Made by a program: the position numbers and the translations under genes
Shown here: positions 49,994 through 59,692 of the stretch, in pieces
How the letters are laid out: every line of letters starts with the position of its first letter
How positions within the stretch are numbered: the stretch's first letter is position 1
Origin: Hyphochytrium catenoides
Lineage: Eukaryota; Protista; Hyphochytriomycota
DNA: 59,692 bases
Direction: 5' to 3'
Assembly: GCA_900088475.1 (NCBI GenBank)
Contig: FLMG01001109.1
Location: 1 to 59,692 of the forward strand
Notes under the pieces: model-generated
Databases searched by the model: none
Seen by the model: only the letters and a program-made list of their open reading frames with translations
What the model was told of the DNA's origin: nothing

Positions 49994-52554
49994 ATGAAGC
50001 TTCGAACAGTTCTCCTATGGGCGCTAGCCCTGAGCGCTCCTTTTAGCACTCTTGGAAGTGAAGAAGTCTCAGTCACACCCAACACAGAGTCTTCTTCTGA
50101 TCAACGCGGACCTAAACCGTCCTCTGGCCCATCTTCACCTCCTCCGATCTTCGGCGGGGGTCCTGGACTTCCTAACCTTCCAACGGACCCGTTCTCCCCC
50201 ATTGTCCCTTCCAATGGCCCAGGCCCAGACCCAGTCACACCTACACCTCAAGCCTCGCCTACTCCGGAGCCACCAGCTCCTTCCCCTGCCCCAACTTCAG
50301 CTCCTGTTCCCACCTCTCCGCCAGTCATCTCTCCAACGCCGGCTTCTTCTCCGTCGATAGTGACTCCGCCTCCGTCTTCTGATCAGACAGGAGAACATGC
50401 GAGAAGAGGTTCTGATCCGGTTGAGGAATCAGCCGAAGAAGAAGAGATCCTCAAGCCGCTGTACTTCAATCAGCGGCCTATCAGCCTGAGCCAGGCGCCC
50501 ATCTCTGCTTTTAGCCCTGTGGAGCCAAGTAAGTTACACTGTCTTCTCTTTTTGCCCACAGTCTCTGTCTGCTCCTTTCTCGAACTCCTTCCTCCCACTG
50601 GCAATCTTGTCTTTCTTATAAATTGTCTGCCTCCCTAGAACTCTTTAGACTCTCTGTCTCGATTCATACTGGTTATTCACCTTGTCCTCTCTCTCTCTCT
50701 CTCCGCGCAGCACAAGGTGACGTGAATGGCACGCTGAACTCTACGGAGCCGACCGACATACCGACGCCAACGAAGGCAGCGCCCACCCCTCCACCGACGC
50801 CGCCTCCACCTGTCATCCCTCCTTCCCCGTCTGGCAGTCCTATGAGCATCAAATTCTCCCTTGATCTTATCTTTAACTCTTCAGATCTTTGGACAGACGC
50901 TGTCATTGAGGAAACATGGAGGCGGTCTGTCGCTGCCATCTTTGACGTGGATTACCTCTATACACATGTCAGCGTCAGCCCTGGCACACCATATGTCCCA
51001 GCCGAGAATAACAGCAGCCATAATGACTCACTACAAGCCGCGACGGAGGAGGATGGTCAAGACTCTTTGATCGCCATCTTGAAGGAGATCAATGGTGAAG
51101 AAAGATCAACAGACGGAGATTCAAATAGTGGGAAGGTGCAGGTAGACGGCAAACAGGTGAGAGTCCCCGTGACAACGATTGTCTACGTTGTGACGAATGC
51201 ACGGGCACATGTGGTCTTCGGAGAGGCAGTACGACGCACCATCATTGCTGAACTGCAGGCAAAGCTCCAGGCATTAGCTCTGGGAGACAAGCTGAAGGGC
51301 AAAGTGGCAGTCAAAGAGATGCAGAAGGTAGACATGACCATCCCCCCAGTCTCCCCTTCCTTCGTAGAAGCAGATGTCGAGCTGAAGGGCGTCACTCCCT
51401 CTGAGTACTTTAACATTTCAACCGTGAAGCTGGTAGGGGAAGCTGTGAGAAACTCTCTCCCCACGATACCACTGGGAGAGTACGCTGTCACTCGGGTAGA
51501 GTTCTCTGCGGATGAGGTGCTCCGAACGAGGCTGCAGTTTGCTGTTTACGGAGAAATGGCAGTGAATCTTCTACAAAGCCAGTTGCCTGACGCCCAGCAA
51601 AAGATGGTCCTCTATCTGCAGGCCGCGGACCCGCTCACTTACAGGTTTGCGGCGGTTCAGCAGCTTAGCTCTACATATACGAAGACAACGGAAGCAGGAG
51701 CGACAGAACAGGACTCGTCCTCTTCTAGTCTTTCCTCTCTCACCTTCATTATCTTCGCAGTTTGTGGCGTCGTATGCGCTAGCGCGCTGCTAGTTGGCGC
51801 TGCTTTCCATTATAGGAAGCGCTATCTCGCCAGCAGGAGAGACTCTCTCATAGTCTTGGACGAGCTCGATATGCCAAAGTATCGAGGGCCACAACTCTCT
51901 ACTATTTTCTCTGTAGGAAGCGAGGGCGAACTAGGAGACGATCTTGCTGATCTGGATGGGGAAGGAGAGCGAGAGAGAGCTAAGGAGAGAGAAGGAATGC
52001 GTACAAACAAGTCTAAGGGTCAGGCGGGAGTGCAGCTGGTAGAGAGACAGCCAAGAAGGTCCAAGTATGGTTACGGTCAGAGCATGGGTCTTCCACGACT
52101 CAATCTTCTATCCGTCTCTTCCTCTACGGACGTCGCAGCGGTCACGTTGTCTCCCTCCGTTGATCCAGTGACAACGCCTCAGCAGTTGAGCCCTGGGAAC
52201 AGCTACTATATCAGAAACAGAAGCAGCACGGCGGGCAGCCTGGGAAGGGGAGACCTTGAAGGCTTCTCTTGGGCTAGGTCTACCTCTACTCAGTACTCAT
52301 CAACAGAGGCACTGACGCCTACCAATGGCCAGCGGAGAGAGGAACAACAACGACAAAGGGGAGCAAGCAATCTTTCCACTTTACAGGGCGAGTACGTGGC
52401 CAGTATGGCCCAATCGCACTCTGAGGGACCGTCTGACACGACGGCGTCATCCTTCAGCTACTGCCGTTCAGTGGAGGATGAGGATGTGGAGCTGAGAAAG
52501 GGAAGTGAGATAAAATCGAGCGATGTCGATCCCTCGCTTTGGGCGAGGCTCTAG
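49994..52554 (+). CDS. Type I membrane protein: signal peptide, Pro/Ser/Thr-rich mucin-like region, globular ectodomain, TM helix, Ser-rich cytoplasmic tail
   Basis: Signal peptide MKLRTVLLWALALSAPFSTLGS; one GT-AG intron at ~50529-50710; TM LTFIIFAVCGVVCASALLVGAAFHY followed by basic RKR; stop TAG at 52552-52554. Confidence 0.85.
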
Positions 52555-53101
52555 AAACGCTCTGTCTATTGTCTCCTTTTCTTCTCTGACTCTGTTTGCT
52601 TCTATTTATTTCCATCTTTTTCTCTGGTCGTTCACTTTGCCATCTCCTCTCTCTCCTTTTTAAAACCCAGCCCAAGCTTACGTCCTAAGAGGACATTGCT
52701 GGGAGGCTATACATAGATAGTCCAGTGTCTGCTAACATCATAAAGTGCACACCATTCACGTTGAACGATCTGCTTCAATGCTCTTATTGTCACTGGAGAG
52801 ACAAGGAAAAGGAGCCTTCCGAGGTTCACATGGGTATGAGAGCGATGGCCGTAGCATTTACAAAGTGAGATTTGATGAAGAGAGAGAGAGAGAGAAAAGA
52901 GAGAGGCTTATGGGCATGGGGGCCAAGCTAGCCTTACAAGGTCTCGACTTCATGATTATAAGCCAACTATGCTGATCGACAAAGACTGATACTCTGCTGA
53001 CGGCGGAGCGACGTAAAGATTAGGAACAAGATGAGGGGCAGAGAGGCCCACGATAGGAGAGTGAGGACATGAGGAAGAGAACAGATGGAGAGAATGCTGT
53101 C

Positions 53102-56100
53102 CTAGGGATCTTGACTCGTCCTTCTCTTCGCAGTCTTGATCTCACACGAGTTGACTTTCTTGGCAAAGCGAAGTGAACAGAGCGACTCTCCGAGGCTGGC
53201 CCCTGAGGGGCTAACATTGACCAGCATCAAGGTCTTACTATTGCCCACTAGTTGAGGCAGTGAGGAAGTAGAGAAAGTAGAGAGGAAGAGGGAAAGAGAG
53301 GCGTCAGTAAGGGTGAGTGCGAGATGATCCGTTCACGGTCGAATGCAAGAAGACAAAGAGAGACAGAGAGAGACAGAGGCACGGACACCAAAGGAGCTGC
53401 GTGATTGCGAAGCCAACAGGAGAGATAAAACCTTAGATGGTGAGTATAGACACTGGATAAAGGTTGAGAAGAGAGAGAGAGACTAGGCCCAACGCAGGGG
53501 GGAGAGAGAGAGAGAATGAGAGAGAGAGACATGGACTAAGTGTGAGCGCTCTGGTAGTAGGAGTCGAAGCACGCTACCGAGGGAGGTTTGCAGCAGAAAG
53601 GTAAGCTTAGAGTTTCTGAAAGGAATGTGCTTCTCTTTGCTATGCAGCGCAGCGATGACATCTCCTAAGGCACTAAGACTCTTGTTGATGGCCTGAGCTT
53701 CCTTCAGACGCTCGCCCTTGGCCTTTAAGAGTTAAGAGAGACAGTGTACCGAGAGACCGTGGGAGAAAGAAGAGTGAGACGTGGAAGAAGAGCAATTAGA
53801 GCAGCGGGCGACAAGCTATTCTGGAGAACGCCTAACTTGGCAATGCCGGCTACTGCGCGCATACCGTCATCCCACCTCACTCTCTCTCTTTCTCTTTTCC
53901 TCTCTCGGTCTCCTCTTCCACCCCACCCCCCTCTCTTCTCCCTCTCTCTCTCTCTCTCGCTCCTAACTCTATTCTCCCTTTTGCCTCTCTCCTTCTCATC
54001 TTCGTCTATCGGCTGTGTCTTTCTACCGCTTATCTCTCTCGCCCCGTTACTCTGGTGACGCACCTCGCTCTTGCTAACTCTTTCACTTCCCGCAAGGTCG
54101 ACCAGGTTAAGGACACCATGGCGATGCTCATTACTGAGAGAATTGTGGGCCTTGAGAGTCAACTGCAAGATGCTGTTCACGGAGTGATTGTAAGCACACA
54201 CCGAGTTAGAGAAAGAGACAGCAGGAAGTGTTAAGAGTTCTAAGGACACGGAAAGCCAAAAAGCTGAAGAGGACAAGAGCTAAGAAGAGCACAAGAATGC
54301 GTTAAAGAGAGAGAGAGAGAGAGAGAGAGATCGAAAGAGAGAGAGAGAGAGAGAGAACAGTGAAAACCGAAAGGATATAACGAAATAGGAGAGAACGGAA
54401 TAGAGCAAAAGGTCTCGTTCTGGAACTTCTTTTCCTACAACTCTGCTCACTCTCATCAGAGCCGCCGACAGCGCTAAGTACCTGTGGCTCCTGGAAGATC
54501 TCTCGTTACTTTTGGTAGCGCCTACAGATCTGGCTCCAGACGCTTCTCTTAGAAGTTCAAAGGCTTGAGAGGGAGAGGAAAGCTCTTCTTCATGGACATT
54601 CGTCAAACGTGTGCTCTCCCCGTCCCGAGAATGGATGATTTGAATTTCCGAGCTTCATATGAAAGAGGGGAGGCAGAGAACGAAAAAAGGATAAAGACAG
54701 AGAAGGAAGAGGTGGGGAGAGAGGAGGAGCAGTGTGAGACAGAGCGAGAGAGAGAGAGAGAGTGAGAAAGAAGAGAAGAAGAGAGAGACAGAGAACACAC
54801 AGTCGGTAGGGAGTAAAAGGTTCGTCAGGTGCTTCGGCAGGAAGCAGGTAGAAAAGAAATAGTGCTGACCCCTTCCTCCGGTTTGCATTCTGCTCTTGCG
54901 CAGGCGTTGTCCTCCGGCCGCTTAGTAGGTCCCGCAGCTGCTCCTCATAGATCTCCACATAGGAGGCAGTTACCGTGTAGGTCCACCCTGAGAGAGAGAG
55001 AGAGAGAGAGAGAATATGGAGAGCATAAAGGGAAAGGAAGAGGGCCAGAGTTGGGCGTAAGCTAGGCACTCGAGGAAAATACAGTCTCTCAAAAATGTGC
55101 AGACGTACCGCTCTGCTTCAGCTTCTCTATCTCTTGAAAGAGCATGAGTACAGCCTTCGGGATAATGCCCGCGCACTCAGGGCGAGCGAGATCTCCCTCC
55201 ATCTGCAGGCATCAGCCACTGAGGACGCTCGCATATTGGAGGGAAGGAACACAGCGAAAGAGGAGATGAAGAAAGAGTAGGTGCGGTAAGGAAGAAGAGC
55301 ACTTACCGTGTATGTCTTGCCAGAGCCTGTCTGCCCGTACTGCGATGAGTTCAGCCATGCGAGAGAAAGCAAGAGCAGAGGTCGAGGAGATGACACACAG
55401 ATACACGAGGTGTTCTTTGTTAGACAATTGGCGCGTTGCTAGCCCGTAGACAATAGACGTATAACACACAGAGAGGAGTGAGAAGGGGAAGAGAGAGAGA
55501 GAGGGAGAGAGAGAGAGAGAGAGACAGAGAGAGAGAGCGAGAGGGACAGTCAGGGGTTGGATCGAGAGGTACACTGAAACGTATAATCAGAGAGAAGACG
55601 CAGGGAGAGAGAGAGAGAGAGAGTCACTAGCGCACTGGCGACTTCTCTCTGTTATTACCGCGAATATGCAAACTTTGTATCCATCTACGGCCGACTGGAC
55701 GAGCTGTGAGACTTCTTGAAAAAGCTCATCTTGAGAAGAAGATGGGGAGAACACCCGATCGAACTGGAATTGCCACTCCTTCTGCTGGAAAGAGCTGTTG
55801 TCGACATTCCTCTCTTTCTCGCCAAAGAGATGGATAAGGCGATGATCCTATTCAAAGAGGTGTCAGGCCACTGCACTTTAGAGAACATCTGCAGGTCATT
55901 TGGTTGTTCTAACGCTCTCTATCCCTTCCCGATTTCCCTCCCTTTCTCTCTCTCTCTGACGAGCGTTATCCTTTCTTACGAACCGGGTCATTTTCTGGGA
56001 ACTGGACCACAAAGTTCTCTTCTCCTTGAAGAAGAGGGCGTACTCGGCAATATACCTGGCAATTAGTTGTGTCACTGAATGTGCAAGAGAGAGAGAGAGT

Positions 56101-57553
56101 GGGGGAGATACTGGGAGAGACACGACGCAGATATAACCTCAGGGGAGGAAGGCTCAAAGACAAAGAGAATAGGATATGGGTCACCTAGACGATAGGAGAC
56201 GGCCATGAGACGAAGGAGAGAGCCACAGGACAGTGATAGCCCTGGATCTGACCCTCGACCAGCATTCAACACCAGTGAGAGGGAGAGAGACAGCATGAAG
56301 ATCGACAGAGCAAAGTAACAGTGTACTGAGTCCTCTAGATAGAAAGATCCCCCAAAAGAAGCTAGAAGAGGGGCATCCGATCACCCTGATGTTTCCTTTC
56401 AGTTCCTGGACTTGATTGTGGAGCTTCTTGCGCAGCTCTAGCTCCTCCCTGAACCAACAACATCACGGCTTAGCCACACACACGTACCATCTCTATTATT
56501 CACCTGCAGTTATCGGCCTCTCTTGTCTCACTATGTTTCTCTTTCACTTCTCTCTCCCTCCTTACGCTCTTCCCTCTCTCGCTGTTCTTCTCGTTCTCTA
56601 GATAGACACAGAGGACGCAGTGGCTCCTATCTCCTTCTCTCTTTCGCTTACGTGCATCGCTGCTCGAGTGCCTGGATGTGGGCCTTAGCCTGTTCTAGCT
56701 CTGCATAGGCTGACAACACCCTAAACGACCAAGAGAGGAGCACGAAACTTCAGAAATGCAGGGAGTCACTGAGATCAGCCACTACCATATCTCGCTTGTT
56801 GTCTCTCCAGAAATATTGTGGCTTCTCTTCCTTATCTCCTCCCTCTCTTGTGTCTGTCTCGACCTATTGTAGGCGTTCGTTTCCGCTAGCGGCATGGTTT
56901 TCCCGTCTCTTCCCCCATTTCTTTCTCTGTTTTCCTCTCGTTTCCTCTTTCTTCCTTTCTCTCATTTTCTCTCTTACGTCTCCCCCNNNNNNNNNNNNNN
57001 NNNNNNNCCCCCTCCTTCTCTCTCTCTCTCTCTCTCTCTCTTGTCTTCTCTTTCTCGCTCACTCCTTTGTCTCTTCCTCCTTCTCATCTCTTTCCCTCTC
57101 ACTCCAGTGTCATCCACATCTTACCTTTCGCTCTGTTCCTGAAGCTCCTGAGTGCGCATTGCGAGAGCTCGGTTTGCGCCCTCTAGAGCCTGTTTAGCCT
57201 GCGTAGCTTGTCATGTGAGGAAGAGAAGGAAAGGACAAAGAGATGGGGAGGGATCTCAACTGACCTCTGACTCTCTCTCCTGGGAGTCTTTCAGCATGGC
57301 TAGCGTGCTTGCGTACTCAGCCTCATACTTCTCTCTCTCTTTCTCTTCCTCTTCTTTTGCTTTCTGCAGCCTTTGTATGGTTGACTCTAGCTCAGACTTT
57401 AGCTTTGATAAGGATTCACAATCACGGCAATTCTGACAGGCGGAGAGCAACGAACAACGTTAGCAATGGAGACGGGAGGGAAGTAAAGTGATGGGAGGTC
57501 AAGAAGAAAGGGCGAAGAGACAGTGGGCAGTGAAGAGCAGAGAAAAGAAGGAG

Positions 57554-57603
<50 letters not shown>

Positions 57604-58461
57604 CAGATACGGGCTAGGGAGAGGGAACAAGACAGTGGAAAAGAGAGATGCCGTCGCTGTTGAAAGATGGCAGGTTATTGGGGGAAGTGGGACAAGGTCC
57701 TTCTTACCCTGGAGGCTGCTGTCCTAGCTGAAGAAGCCTGAGACCGAGAAAGGGAAGGAAGAGCTTTGTCTGTCGGCTTTCTGACATCATTCACAGCTTT
57801 GACAGAAGACTTCTTGCATTCTTCCTTCCCTTTGTCTCCTGCTCTCTCCACTTGATTCTCATTGATTCTTCCAAGTGCTGCTCTCTTTGCTGGCGGCGCT
57901 GGCTTCGTGATCCCCGTGTTTACCTTAGACGAGACATGGACGTAGGAGACTCTGCGGTTCAGCTTCTTAACTAAGGAGAAGAATGTGTTAAGCTTTTAAA
58001 AGGAGACACAGCGGGTGATTCTTAGAAGGAGAGGCGGTGGACAAGATTGATGAAAGGAGGGAGAAAAAGAGAGAAGAGACTCACACACAAAAGTGTCGTT
58101 GAGGAAAGTCAGAGGAGAAAGAAGAGAGACAACCATAAACAGACGGAACAAAGTAGACACACAGAGAAAACCATTATAGAGAGAGAAAGAGAACAAGAGA
58201 GAGAAAGAGAAAAAGAGAGAGACATAGCGATGAGAGACAGATTCTCTGAGACGAGATGCTACCACGTTCAAAAGAGAACGACAGGAGAACGAGCTTAAGG
58301 AGAGAGCAATCGGCCCTAGAGTTGGTTGTCATTATACCTGCAACTGAAGAGTCAGCGGCCTCTCTTCCCGTGGCTCTTCTCTTTGCTGGCAACACCGCTT
58401 TTGCAGGCCCTTCAGGTGCTGCATTCTCATCGTTCAGCGGGAGACTCGGACACGTTGTCAT
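53102..58461 (-). CDS. Kinesin-14 (Kar3/Ncd/KIFC1-type C-terminal motor)
   Basis: Neck [16 protein letters not shown]|VYCRVRP; DGYKVCIFA|[12 protein letters not shown]; NERSSRSH; [11 protein letters not shown]; [12 protein letters not shown]; [14 protein letters not shown]; [10 protein letters not shown]...[16 protein letters not shown]; stop TAG at 53102. Coiled-coil exons lie upstream; start uncertain. Confidence 0.95.
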
Positions 58462-59112
58462 CCTCTGGCTTTTCCTGGTCAGAAGAAGATTATCCTTCTC
58501 CGCTATGATAAGGGTTATGGCTCCTCCCAAAGCCAGGACTACCAAGAAAGAAGGAAGAAGCTCTTTTCCTCTTTTGCCTTTATATCTCTCAGCTCTGGCG
58601 TTGGTCCAAAGAACCGTTCCGTGGACGGACTTTGACGAGAAAGTTCAGGCTTCTTAGGGCAGCGTGGGCTTTCTTCAGCAGGCCGTAGGGCAAGAAGAGA
58701 CACTCGAGGACAAACAGAGGAAGAGAGGACGATGGCGCAACGAAGGGGAAGAAAAGGAACCGATCAGTTCTCCAACAGAGAAGCGATGGAGGAGAGAGAA
58801 CACGGAGAAAAGTGAGACGGAGATGAAGGGAAACGCGTCTTTGAAGGTCAAGAACAAGCCTCGTCAATAGAGTAAAGAAGGGAGTGGGATAGGGACACAG
58901 AGGGGAAGAAAGAAAGAGAGATATGAAACCAAAAAAAAAACAGAGAGAGAGAGATATGGTGCACACGTCCGCGGGGAGAGAGAGAAAGAGAGAGAGCAAG
59001 AGAGAGAGCAAGAGAGAGAGCAAGAGAGAGAGCAAGAGAAAGAGACAGAGACAGAGACAGAGAGAGAGAGAGAAACAAGAGAGAAGAACGAGAGAGAAAG
59101 AGAGAGAAGAAC

Positions 59113-59158
<46 letters not shown>

Positions 59159-59429
59159 AAAAAAGAGAGCAAGGAAACAGCTTTCATGCGACCGAGGAGC
59201 GAGGGATTTCAAACCCAACTAGCCGTTAAGCCGCTAACGACTAGAGACGCCCAGCCTCTCAGATGTCCAAAATCAATATACGGACGGTAAGTACTGGTAG
59301 AAAGTGGGCAATATCGGTATTTTATCGTTAGATAACAATGATTTAGGCACTGTTCGCCGCTGATGGCGCCACTTCCTTCAGTTTCTCCAGTCATCGCATT
59401 GGCCAAAGGTTGAGCTCTGGAGCTCCAGG

Positions 59430-59665
59430 GCTCTCCGTCATCGAGCAGCAGTTGGGCTATTATTCGGAGTCTCCGCGGCCAGTTGACGCCAGTCATCGGC
59501 AGTAAGGATGAGGATGTGGAGTGTGAGGAATGTGGGCCAGCTCTTGAGGTCTGGTGTTCTCTTTCTAACTCTGTCGATAGGACTCCCGTTACTCTCCTAG
59601 GTAGTTCAGCCTTTTGACGCCAAAGCAGCATTTCTAAATGCAGCGCAACGATTCTTCTTCATTCA
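59430..59665 (-). mobile_element. Degenerate Ty3/gypsy-like reverse transcriptase fragment
   Basis: In order across shifting frames: SLRCI*KCCFGVKRLNYLG, PDLKSWPT, TGVNWPRR. These match the order of the KCxFGxxxxxYLG, IxxWPxP and LGxxNYYRR motifs of the gypsy RT C-terminal region. Confidence 0.4.
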
Positions 59666-59692
59666 CAATCCCGTATCTCTTTGTCTTTGAGG

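Overview
Gene-dense, intron-rich eukaryotic nuclear DNA with canonical GT-AG introns, the standard genetic code and abundant (AG)n/(CT)n microsatellites; most N gaps sit at these repeats. A protist source, possibly a stramenopile, is inferred from the CBP and BET architectures. Ten spliced protein genes were reconstructed by eye: (+) DEP-TM-C2 protein with an unassigned enzyme-like domain; (-) CBP/p300 acetyltransferase; (-) RNF126/115-like RING E3 with an inserted PA domain; (-) BET-like bromodomain+ET protein; (-) probable DUF1765 protein; (+) ZCCHC9-like zinc-knuckle protein; (-) SMU1; (-) TMEM135-like protein; (+) mucin-like type I membrane protein; (-) kinesin-14. The most interesting items are the putative catalytic domain in the first gene (split over 11 exons), the soluble PA-in-RING E3, the unnamed N-terminal domain of the BET protein, a strand-biased GGGTGGG cluster, and a decayed Ty3/gypsy-like RT fragment. 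No rRNA, tRNA or CRISPR array was seen. All exon models and family calls are manual and unverified by any search.
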